From sequence record PZ091942.1: a stretch of 64,000 bases of DNA; one strand, given 5' to 3'. This document shows, in pieces, positions 35,878 to 43,590 of the stretch (its first letter is position 1; each line of letters starts with the position of its first letter). The DNA comes from a phage. The position numbers and the translations under genes were made by a program. Below the pieces are notes generated by a model. That model was not told the origin of the DNA. It did no database searches and saw only the letters and a list, made by a program, of their open reading frames with translations.

Positions 35878-36407
35878 GTCTTTTAGGTTCTCAAGAATTA
35901 CACAGCGTTATTGATAATGGCTTTTTAGATGCGGAGCATAAATATGTTAACGCTGCTAGCGTGGATATCCGTATTGGTGATACTATCCTTGTTGAAGAAC
36001 AGGCTGACGGCATTGTTGACATTGATGCTAAAGAAAACCTCAAGTGGAAAGAAGTAAAAATCCCTGAAGATGGTATCGTTATCACTCCGGGACAGTTCTT
36101 CTTAGCTCACTCGATGGAAGAGTTTAACCTTCCAGATAATATCTCAAGCCTGTTTGTACTCCGCTCCTCAATGGCTCGTTGTGGTTTAAACCACCTCCAT
36201 GCTGGTTGGGCTGATGCAGGGTTTAACAGCAGTAAACTAACCTTTGAATTTCATAACGTTACCCATAATCATAGCTTACGAGTTCGTGCTGGGATGCGTG
36301 TTGGTCAAATGGTTATGTTCGAACACTCTCACGCTGGTGATGACTCTTATGCAGTGAAGGGTCGATACAACGGCAGTAATGGTGTAGTTGCATCTAAGGG
36401 TGTATAA
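35874..36407 (+). CDS. dCTP deaminase-like (dUTPase fold)
   Basis: ORF track; ASVDIRIG, RSSMARCG, GWADAGF motifs. Confidence 0.7.
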   Translation: MSLLGSQELHSVIDNGFLDAEHKYVNAASVDIRIGDTILVEEQADGIVDIDAKENLKWKEVKIPEDGIVITPGQFFLAHSMEEFNLPDNISSLFVLRSSMARCGLNHLHAGWADAGFNSSKLTFEFHNVTHNHSLRVRAGMRVGQMVMFEHSHAGDDSYAVKGRYNGSNGVVASKGV

Positions 36408-36412
36408 CCAAG

Positions 36413-36604
36413 ATGAAAGAGGAAAAAGCTACTTACTTAGCTGTTGGTTTTATAGTTGGGGCATTTGCTATGGGAGTATTTATATCTAACGTTGGTCCAG
36501 ATTCTAGCGTTAAGATTGAGACGAGAAGAGCTGCTTGTGAAATAAATCTCCCTCGTAGTCAGGTCTGTGTAATGCAGTTTGTCCCTAAATCGGTTGACAG
36601 ATAA
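36413..36604 (+). CDS. hypothetical small membrane protein
   Basis: ORF track; hydrophobic N-terminal helix. Confidence 0.45.
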   Translation: MKEEKATYLAVGFIVGAFAMGVFISNVGPDSSVKIETRRAACEINLPRSQVCVMQFVPKSVDR

Positions 36605-36618
36605 TGGAGTTTGGAACA

Positions 36619-36816
36619 ATGAAAAGACGTTGGGTAGTTCGTATTCACTGGAGTAGTGGTACAGAGTCAATGGGTATTAGGAATACCCGTCAAGAAGCTC
36701 GCGCTCATAAGAAGTTCTTGTTAAGTTGTGAAAGCACAATTAATAAGATCACTATCCACAAAGCTCAAGACTTTAAATCAGGTCGTTTCTATATCAGCGG
36801 AAAGGTACATTACTAA
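36619..36816 (+). CDS. hypothetical small protein, tandem paralog A
   Basis: ATG 36619 with GGAG SD inside track ORF 36604..36816; NTRQEARAHKK...ISGKVHY. Confidence 0.5.
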   Translation: MKRRWVVRIHWSSGTESMGIRNTRQEARAHKKFLLSCESTINKITIHKAQDFKSGRFYISGKVHY

Positions 36817-37031
36817 TGGATAAATTATGGGCAGTTCGTACTAAATGGGCTAACAAAGCTCTTGGTGGTGATTGTATTCAATTATTCAACACAAGACAAG
36901 AGGCTCGTCTTGCTAAGAAAACTATAAAAGCTACAAAAGCTTTAGGAATCGCTGAAAAGGTGGAGATTCATCGTTGGATTGAAAATATCCATAACAGTGC
37001 TGGATTCATATCCAGCAAGGTTTATTACTAG
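36816..37031 (+). CDS. hypothetical small protein, tandem paralog B
   Basis: ORF track; NTRQEARLAKK...ISSKVYY parallels upstream gene. Confidence 0.5.
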   Translation: MDKLWAVRTKWANKALGGDCIQLFNTRQEARLAKKTIKATKALGIAEKVEIHRWIENIHNSAGFISSKVYY

Positions 37032-37101
37032 TTGGTAGTAGATATGATAACTCTCAAATGTATATACAGTATAAGAATATTGTATGAAACAGGAGAGAGT
37101 T

Positions 37102-37431
37102 ATGTTAGATTTGAGTAAAGTGGCCCCGCCATCTGAAGAGATTAGCAAAGCTAAAGTTATGCAGCAGTTCTACCATCGGGATATGCTTGGTCGTTATATC
37201 AAGAATCGTGATGTTGTTGCATGGTCTATTGGAAATCAAGGTTATCTTCTCAAAGTGTTGCAAGTTACTGGCTCAACAGCCAAGCGTGTTAAGGTGTATG
37301 ACCCTGAAATGGGGCGTTCTAAGTCTGTAGACCCACAGAACTGCATCGTTATTACCCAGCAAGTAATGGATAATATTGAACGCAATGTAGCGAACTCAAC
37401 TAACTTAGAGGGAGAATCTCCAAATGCATAA
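37102..37431 (+). CDS. hypothetical protein
   Basis: ATG 37102 with AGGAGAGAG SD inside track ORF 37084..37431. Confidence 0.55.
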   Translation: MLDLSKVAPPSEEISKAKVMQQFYHRDMLGRYIKNRDVVAWSIGNQGYLLKVLQVTGSTAKRVKVYDPEMGRSKSVDPQNCIVITQQVMDNIERNVANSTNLEGESPNA

Positions 37432-37990
37432 TAATGTCTTCGACTTACCAGAACTGACACGAGTGGGTTCTAGCAACCCATTCTCTACAACTGACTCTTC
37501 TATCTCTCGTCTAGAGGGAATGAATAAACTGATCAGTGGTAACAGTCTAGAGCACATCCTATGCGGTGTGCAGGCTAACCTTGAGCTTCTACACATCAAA
37601 GCAAAGAATTATCACTGGAACGTCTCTGGAGCTGGTTTCCAAGGTGTTCATGGTATGTTCGATGAATTAGAAGACTATGCTCGTGAAACTGGTGATCGGG
37701 TAGCAGAGCGAATGCGTTATCACTGTATTAAAGTGGATGCAACAGCTAGTAGCTATCTTGGTTGTGCTTGGTTCCGAGAAGGTAACGCTGATCTCGACAT
37801 GGACGGTATGCTTTCCGACATGTGCATGACTCTTATGTGTATGATTGAGAAGATGGATGAGTTTGATTCAGACTTGTGCACCTATCCAGTAGACCAGAGT
37901 ATGCTTCAAGAAATTAATGAAGGTCTTGGCAAGTTCTGTTACTTCGTCAAGAGCAACATGTCCCACTCTAGTGGCGATGTGTCTTACTAA
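37424..37990 (+). CDS. Dps/ferritin-like protein
   Basis: ORF track; GAGGGAG SD; LQANLELLHIKAKNYHWNVSGAGFQGVHGMFDELEDY matches Dps signature. Confidence 0.55.
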   Translation: MHNNVFDLPELTRVGSSNPFSTTDSSISRLEGMNKLISGNSLEHILCGVQANLELLHIKAKNYHWNVSGAGFQGVHGMFDELEDYARETGDRVAERMRYHCIKVDATASSYLGCAWFREGNADLDMDGMLSDMCMTLMCMIEKMDEFDSDLCTYPVDQSMLQEINEGLGKFCYFVKSNMSHSSGDVSY

Positions 37991-38053
37991 TCAAACCTCC
38001 GCCCTGTCTCTTTGTTTAAGAGGTGGGGCGAACTTCTTTATAAGGATATGAAT

Positions 38054-38233
38054 ATGTTTTCAGCAATCGTATGGTCTGTGTGGGCAATTTTTGTTGGTGG
38101 TATCGTTTATCTGGCTCAGAAGCAGATGCTTAAAGAGAATCCAAATGATGCTAAACCTATTAAACATGGTAGCATTGCTCTGGTAGTTTTCTCTGTTGTC
38201 ATTCCTTTCCTTCTCCACCTGTTGACTGCATAA
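38054..38233 (+). CDS. small membrane protein, tandem paralog 1
   Basis: ATG 38054 with AAGGA SD inside track ORF 38012..38233 (TTG); two hydrophobic helices. Confidence 0.45.
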   Translation: MFSAIVWSVWAIFVGGIVYLAQKQMLKENPNDAKPIKHGSIALVVFSVVIPFLLHLLTA

Positions 38234-38242
38234 GGGTTTGAT

Positions 38243-38428
38243 ATGATTTCACTGATTGTGTGGGCCGTGTGGTCATTAATAGTTGGTACTGTTATATATA
38301 AAGCTCGAAATTTAGCAATTAAAGAAAACCCAGCAGAAGAGGATGTTAAAGCTATCAAGCTGGGTAGTGTTGTTCTGGTACATTTTGCTATAACACTACC
38401 TCTTGTTATTATTCTTTGTATGCTATAA
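38243..38428 (+). CDS. small membrane protein, tandem paralog 2
   Basis: ORF track; AAGGG SD; similar two-helix layout and KENP motif. Confidence 0.5.
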   Translation: MISLIVWAVWSLIVGTVIYKARNLAIKENPAEEDVKAIKLGSVVLVHFAITLPLVIILCML

Positions 38429-38618
38429 GGAATCCAAAGAGTGAAACTAAACCTACCTGAAGAATTACAAGCACATGCCATTATCGTTAGTGGCTGTGTG
38501 ATGGGTCTTGGTCAAACAAAGAAGATTGCTCACGACTTAGCAAAAGGTCAGTATAAATCTTTTATTGTTGTTCCTGCTACCCAGCGTCATATCAACCTGT
38601 TTATTAACAAGGAATAGA

Positions 38619-38897
38619 ATGAGTAAAGTAATTAAGTTTTATAGTAATTCATGTGCTCCATGTGCAGCTATGGCTCCTGTGTTTAAGAAGGTTGTAGCTG
38701 ATTACAACGTAGAGGTTGAAGAAGTAAATATCTCTGAAGGTGATGGTCGAGAGCGAGCCATTGAATACGGTGTTCGCAGTATCCCAGCCTTTGTTGTCCC
38801 TGACCGTAATAGTGGTGCACATTATAGTTTATCAGGTATGCAGACCGAAGCAAACCTGAAAGCATTTTTGGATACAGCTCTGAATGGTAATCGATGA
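38619..38897 (+). CDS. thioredoxin/glutaredoxin-like protein (CxxC)
   Basis: ATG 38619 with AAGGA SD inside track ORF 38565..38897; FYSNSCAPC active-site-like motif. Confidence 0.7.
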   Translation: MSKVIKFYSNSCAPCAAMAPVFKKVVADYNVEVEEVNISEGDGRERAIEYGVRSIPAFVVPDRNSGAHYSLSGMQTEANLKAFLDTALNGNR

Positions 38898-39354
38898 TTT
38901 AGAGTATATCCCCGAAACTGGAGAGTTCTTCCGAAATGGTAAGAAGTTAGGAGGAACTCGAAGTAAGTACATAACCCTACGGTTTAAAGGGAAGGTACAC
39001 AAAGCTCATAAAGTGGCATGGTTCTTTTATTATGGAGAATGGCCTTCTTCTCAGATAGATCATATCGACAGAAACAAGAAGAACAACTCAATACAGAACT
39101 TAAGACTGGTAGACACTTCGACAAACTGCCACAACCAGTTCGGGGCTAGAGTATCAAACAAGGAAACAGGGCTTCAAGGTGTTAAGGTTGTCAAATATAG
39201 ATCAGGGACTATTAGATATAGAGCTGTTATCTGTATTGATAAAGTAGACATACATCTAGGTATGTATGGCACTGCCGAAGAAGCCCATCAAGTTTACATG
39301 AATCGAAAAAAGGAACTTTTAATTGAACGAACAACTACAAGCAACACTGATTGA
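38884..39354 (+). CDS. HNH homing endonuclease
   Basis: ORF track; IDHIDRNKKNNSIQNLRL HNH motif; sits between trx-like and thyX-like genes. Confidence 0.7.
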   Translation: MVIDDLEYIPETGEFFRNGKKLGGTRSKYITLRFKGKVHKAHKVAWFFYYGEWPSSQIDHIDRNKKNNSIQNLRLVDTSTNCHNQFGARVSNKETGLQGVKVVKYRSGTIRYRAVICIDKVDIHLGMYGTAEEAHQVYMNRKKELLIERTTTSNTD

Positions 39355-39976
39355 AGCAATGGGTAGTGACAAATCTGTAGTCAACGCAGCTAGGGTATCT
39401 TTCGGTGTTGTTCGAGAAGGTGACTTAAATGAGAGAGACACAAAACTTATCAATTTCCTTGCACGGGAAAAACACTGCACGCCTTTCCGTCATCCGACAA
39501 TTAGCTTCCGATGCAAAGCGCCAATCGCAATTGCGAGACAGTTGGGCAAGCATCAAGTTGGATTCTCGTGGAACGAAATGTCCCGGAGGTATAAAGATGG
39601 AGCAGTTGAATGCTTTGTCCCTGAAGAGATTTTTGAAAGACCTTCAGACCTCCATGCAGGTTCGGGGAGCCTCCTTATCGGAGCCAATGGTGAAGCAGCA
39701 AAAGTAGCCTTTGAACGTGCTTATACTTTAGCTGTTCAGACATACGAAGGGTTGTTATCAGAAGGTGTTGCACCAGAACAAGCTCGATTCGTATTGCCTC
39801 AGGGCATGATCACTGAGTGGGTCTGGACAGGTTCTTTATTCGGTTGGTCAGAGTTATGTCGTCAGCGACTGTCAGACCACGCTCAGTATGAAGTACGAGT
39901 GTTTGCATCAACTATTGATGAAGAGCTTCGTAAAATCTACCCAATCTCTTGGGATGCATTACGTGAAGCCCACTAA
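39323..39976 (+). CDS. thyX: flavin-dependent thymidylate synthase (ThyX)-like protein
   Basis: TTG start with AAAGGAA SD; AARVSF, TPFRH, KAPIAIARQ, NEMSRRY, RFVLPQ...WT, SDHAQYE align with T. maritima ThyX; RHR signature reads KHQ. Confidence 0.7.
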   Translation: MNEQLQATLIEAMGSDKSVVNAARVSFGVVREGDLNERDTKLINFLAREKHCTPFRHPTISFRCKAPIAIARQLGKHQVGFSWNEMSRRYKDGAVECFVPEEIFERPSDLHAGSGSLLIGANGEAAKVAFERAYTLAVQTYEGLLSEGVAPEQARFVLPQGMITEWVWTGSLFGWSELCRQRLSDHAQYEVRVFASTIDEELRKIYPISWDALREAH

Positions 39977-40148
39977 AGCATGTAGCTTCTGTCGAAAGCA
40001 GAAGCTTCTTATCAATTTCAAGCTGAACGAGGAAACAGGTTTGGGTCATGCTTTTTGTCATGATTGCAGGCACTACCTCGAACAGAAGCAATACATAAAC
40101 TGGTTGCATTACTGCAACCCTAACATCTATAAGCACAAGGTTATCTAA

Positions 40149-40628
40149 ATGAAAGCTATTTTTGAAGGAAGGGAGTATGATGTTCCTGATTGGGTTAAAT
40201 ACATAGCTCGTGACTATGATAATCTGGTTTGGGCATATGGAGACGTAAGACCTGTGTTTAATGAAAACACTGGTAGTTGGTCTAACATGTCAAAATTACC
40301 AGGATTTATTCGGGCACTTGGCTCTTCTAGTCGTCCTGTAGGTTTCGCTGCTGACTCACTTGTTGAGGTTGGTGTTGAAAAGGAAATAGACAAGCCAGAA
40401 ACGATTTGGGTTTTATCTTCAAGCACACCAATCAAGGGAAGTCGTGGGATTTCCTTCTATGTTGAGCCTGTCGCTTACTTCAAAAACAAGCCGACCATTA
40501 ATGCTCTTATGTTAAAGAATATCCCTTATTCGCAAGTTACCACCCTGTTAGACAATGGGACAGTGCTTGTTGAGAATAACGGGACAAATCAAATCTTTTA
40601 TGATTTAGAAGAAAGGGTTTTAGAATGA
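40149..40628 (+). CDS. hypothetical protein
   Basis: ORF track; AAGG SD. Confidence 0.6.
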   Translation: MKAIFEGREYDVPDWVKYIARDYDNLVWAYGDVRPVFNENTGSWSNMSKLPGFIRALGSSSRPVGFAADSLVEVGVEKEIDKPETIWVLSSSTPIKGSRGISFYVEPVAYFKNKPTINALMLKNIPYSQVTTLLDNGTVLVENNGTNQIFYDLEERVLE

Positions 40629-40837
40629 AAGGTTTAGGATTAGGAAAGCACCGTTTTACTTTCCGCATCTCCGACAGGAACCCATACCCAACGAAGATTG
40701 AACCTTACGAGATCATCTCTGAGGTGTTTATCTGGCCTTGGCAGAGTATCTATGATGTTGCTCTTAAGTCCAAGAAGAAGCTGATACCTGTTGGTATTTG
40801 GGCTGATGTTGATTTAATTAAAATCGAAAAGGTTTAA
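40625..40837 (+). CDS. hypothetical protein
   Basis: ORF track; ATGA overlap. Confidence 0.5.
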   Translation: MKGLGLGKHRFTFRISDRNPYPTKIEPYEIISEVFIWPWQSIYDVALKSKKKLIPVGIWADVDLIKIEKV

Positions 40838-40838
40838 A

Positions 40839-41159
40839 ATGATTAATGATAATACATTTAGGACTGGTAACGGAAACGAGATTAGTCCTGCTGAAGTGAT
40901 TAAACGACACAGAACACAGATGCTTATCCACTCCTATTTGTATTATTGGTTGGATGACCCAATCTGGTCTGACGATAAGTGGCAACAAGTGGCTGATGAC
41001 TTAACCACCTTGCAGGAGATGTATCCCGAACCTATTGGATTCTTTGATTCAGAGTTTGAAGGATGGAACGGTTCTACTGGTATGCATCTCCCACATGACG
41101 AGCGTATTGCTTGTATGGCTACTGAAGTATATCGTTTACATAAGGACAAATCAATCTGA
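40839..41159 (+). CDS. NAD-dependent DNA ligase domain-Ia-like protein (tentative)
   Basis: ORF track; IHSYLYYWLDDPIWSDDKWQQVADDLTTLQEMYPEPIGFFDSEFEG resembles LigA N-terminal domain Ia (YxYYVxDxPxISDxEYDxL...LE...PEL...DSP). Confidence 0.5.
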   Translation: MINDNTFRTGNGNEISPAEVIKRHRTQMLIHSYLYYWLDDPIWSDDKWQQVADDLTTLQEMYPEPIGFFDSEFEGWNGSTGMHLPHDERIACMATEVYRLHKDKSI

Positions 41160-41337
41160 AATGTTTTAAATGTGAATCAACTCTTCTCCATTTGAACTCG
41201 AAAGTAATACGGGAGCTTGCCAAAGGCTCCCCGACTAAAGGGAAGAATAAGAAGTTTGTCGAAATTAAGGTTATAGGTATACATTGTTCAGAGTGTAAAT
41301 CCTGTAGCTTCTTATATGAAGAACACGGAGGTAGGAA

Positions 41338-42078
41338 ATGAGTCGTAGAGAATCTCGGAAAGCATCACGGAGAGAATTACGTCGTGAAGCTCTCGTCACC
41401 AAGAAAGGAAAGCGGGAATTTGAAGAAGTAGTTCTTGCTAAGCCGGTAGTACCTCAGAACCAATTCCAGAGTGAGCTACTCAATGCTATCAAGACTAAAC
41501 AAGTGGTGTTCACAGACGCTCCTGCGGGCTGTGGTAAGACGTTCGTCATCACCTCTACTGTCATTGATGCACTGAAGAGTGGTAAGATTCAAAAGATTAT
41601 CATTAGCCGACCCTCTGTTGGCATGGGTAATTCTCTTGGATTACTTCCGGGCGGGCTTCGTGATAAGTTCGAACCATACCTAATGCCTATTGTTGATGTG
41701 ATTACTCAGCGATACGGTAAAGGTTTCTATGAATGTCAGCTTGGTAATGGGAACATTGAGTTTGTACCTCTGGAATATCTCCGTGGTCGATCTTTCAATG
41801 ATGCCATTGTTATTGTGGATGAGTTCCAGAATACAACCAAAGATGAGGCATTCTCTATCATGACCCGCTTGGGTGAAACATCCCAGCTGTTCTGTATGGG
41901 TGACACAAACCAGCACGATATGAAAGGTCGAGAGAGTGGTCTTACTTGGGCTACCGAGTTTATTGATGAGCACGACCTGTATGAGTTCGCTGATATTGTT
42001 GATGGCGACTCAGGTGATATTGTTCGTTCTGGTTTCTGTAAAGCAATTGTTAAAGCTATGGAAAAGGATGGTAATTAA
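41338..42078 (+). CDS. phoH: PhoH-like ATPase
   Basis: ORF track; GGAGG SD; Walker A DAPAGCGKT, Walker B IVDEFQN. Confidence 0.8.
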   Translation: MSRRESRKASRRELRREALVTKKGKREFEEVVLAKPVVPQNQFQSELLNAIKTKQVVFTDAPAGCGKTFVITSTVIDALKSGKIQKIIISRPSVGMGNSLGLLPGGLRDKFEPYLMPIVDVITQRYGKGFYECQLGNGNIEFVPLEYLRGRSFNDAIVIVDEFQNTTKDEAFSIMTRLGETSQLFCMGDTNQHDMKGRESGLTWATEFIDEHDLYEFADIVDGDSGDIVRSGFCKAIVKAMEKDGN

Positions 42079-42264
42079 ATGCAAGTTGCCCTAGTTATCC
42101 GAGACTGTGGTGATGGTACTTCTACCATTGACTTCTACAAAAACATTGAACAAGCATGTTTTGAGTGTGAAGAATTTAATGAAGATACCTGTGTAAATGA
42201 TGGTGAACCAACTATTATTGATGTTCCTGACACTTTTGTACCACCTACAGGGTGGTGTGACTAG
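42079..42264 (+). CDS. hypothetical acidic small protein
   Basis: ORF track; TAAATG overlap; D/E-rich. Confidence 0.5.
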   Translation: MQVALVIRDCGDGTSTIDFYKNIEQACFECEEFNEDTCVNDGEPTIIDVPDTFVPPTGWCD

Positions 42265-42335
42265 GGCTGGCAACTAAAGCCACCCTCTCATAATGTATAC
42301 TCCTTAGTGTACACTGATATGTTAAGGAGTTGTAA

Positions 42336-42650
42336 ATGACTGATAAGGCTAAAAGAGATTATGCACAAGAACGAAGAACTGCAATCGCAAGGGGTGAGAC
42401 CGGCGTTGGTAGCAAGAGCGGAGATGCTCAGCGCCACCGTGCACGTCGCATCGTTGAAAAGCGCGATGGAAAAGCTGCTGTCCGAGGTAAAGATGTTGGA
42501 CACAAACGATCAATCAAGTCGGGAGGTTCTAATGCGTCAAGTAACTTACGTGTTGAATCAATCTCTGGAAATCGCTCGAACGGCGGCAAAAGTGGAGATC
42601 GTGCTGGAAAATCAGCAGGCGGTCGCAAAGGAGCTTTAAGCTCAAGTTAA
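42336..42650 (+). CDS. basic Gly/Arg/Lys-rich protein
   Basis: ORF track; AAGGAG SD 7 nt upstream; NNT-biased codons match other phage genes. Confidence 0.5.
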   Translation: MTDKAKRDYAQERRTAIARGETGVGSKSGDAQRHRARRIVEKRDGKAAVRGKDVGHKRSIKSGGSNASSNLRVESISGNRSNGGKSGDRAGKSAGGRKGALSSS

Positions 42651-42655
42651 TATAA

Positions 42656-42684
42656 GGCTACCCATTTCGGGTGGCCTTTTCTTT
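42656..42684 (+). terminator. rho-independent terminator (UUCG-type loop)
   Basis: GGCTACCC-ATTTC-GGGTGGCC then TTTTCTTTT. Confidence 0.7.
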
Positions 42685-42706
42685 TATATAACCTAAGGTA
42701 ATAAAT

Positions 42707-42958
42707 ATGTCTAAAGTAACTTATATCACTGTAACTGATTTCTTTCCTTTTCTGGATGTAACTGAAAGCTACACCTTCCCCGTGAGCAATGTTACAAGCT
42801 CTGTTGAGATGATTCAATTTAACCCAACAACAGCTCGTACTAACGTGGCTCTTCGTGGTCCTGATGGCAAGTTCATCTCCTTCCGTGATAAGAGTGTTCC
42901 TAAGCGTATTGCTAAGTCTATTGAAAACTTGAAACCTTTCCCTAACTTTGGTGCATAA
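42707..42958 (+). CDS. hypothetical protein, tandem paralog 1
   Basis: ORF track; TARTNVALRGPDGKFISFRD...NLKPFP. Confidence 0.55.
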   Translation: MSKVTYITVTDFFPFLDVTESYTFPVSNVTSSVEMIQFNPTTARTNVALRGPDGKFISFRDKSVPKRIAKSIENLKPFPNFGA

Positions 42959-42959
42959 T

Positions 42960-43217
42960 ATGAAGATCAGCTTAATCCAAATCCGTGATCATCTCTTTAA
43001 TGGTGATGCTCAGACTCATGATTACAAGGTTAATCAAGGACAACACCCTACCAATCATCTTATTGGAGGGATTTCTCTATTACCTAATAAAACAGCACGG
43101 ACGAATGTAATGATTCGTGGTAAGGATGGTAAATTCCTCTCTTATCGTGACCCTGAAATCTGTGATGATGTTCGTACAGCTATGAACAATCTGAAACCTT
43201 TCCCGACAGTGGAGTAA
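42960..43217 (+). CDS. hypothetical protein, tandem paralog 2
   Basis: ATG 42960 inside track ORF 42948..43217; TARTNVMIRGKDGKFLSYRD...NLKPFP. Confidence 0.5.
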   Translation: MKISLIQIRDHLFNGDAQTHDYKVNQGQHPTNHLIGGISLLPNKTARTNVMIRGKDGKFLSYRDPEICDDVRTAMNNLKPFPTVE

Positions 43218-43220
43218 GTT

Positions 43221-43574
43221 ATGCCAGTACCTCAACGCCTAGAACGTCACTGCGTTCTCAAATGGGACAATATTCATGACAACCTCTCCATTCAAGAGTT
43301 TCGTCAGTTTATTGAATTAACAGCGAAGATTAACCGAAACCAACCAGCTCGAAACTTTGTAGTGGTTAGTGATAAGTATCCTGAGTTGTATGAGCAGGTG
43401 TGGGGTATGAAACTTGCACAGGTTCAGAGGAACAGTAATGAACGGAGAGAAGCTCGTAGGCAGCGAGCAGAAGATATTCCAGCAGTCTTTTATGTGGATG
43501 AATTGACGGAATCCTATGAACAGTTAGATATCGTTGAGGATAACCAAGCGTTCACTGATTTAATATACCAATAA
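43221..43574 (+). CDS. hypothetical protein
   Basis: ORF track; GGAG SD. Confidence 0.6.
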   Translation: MPVPQRLERHCVLKWDNIHDNLSIQEFRQFIELTAKINRNQPARNFVVVSDKYPELYEQVWGMKLAQVQRNSNERREARRQRAEDIPAVFYVDELTESYEQLDIVEDNQAFTDLIYQ

Positions 43575-43590
43575 TTATAAGGAGTGGGTG

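Noticed and set aside
42361-42639. 92-aa helical-looking ORF in an alternative frame of the basic-protein gene 42336..42650
   Set aside because: Weak SD and G-ending codons (GCG, CCG, GTG) atypical for this phage, whereas the 42336 frame has AAGGAG and NNT-biased codons; translation of both cannot be excluded without proteomics.
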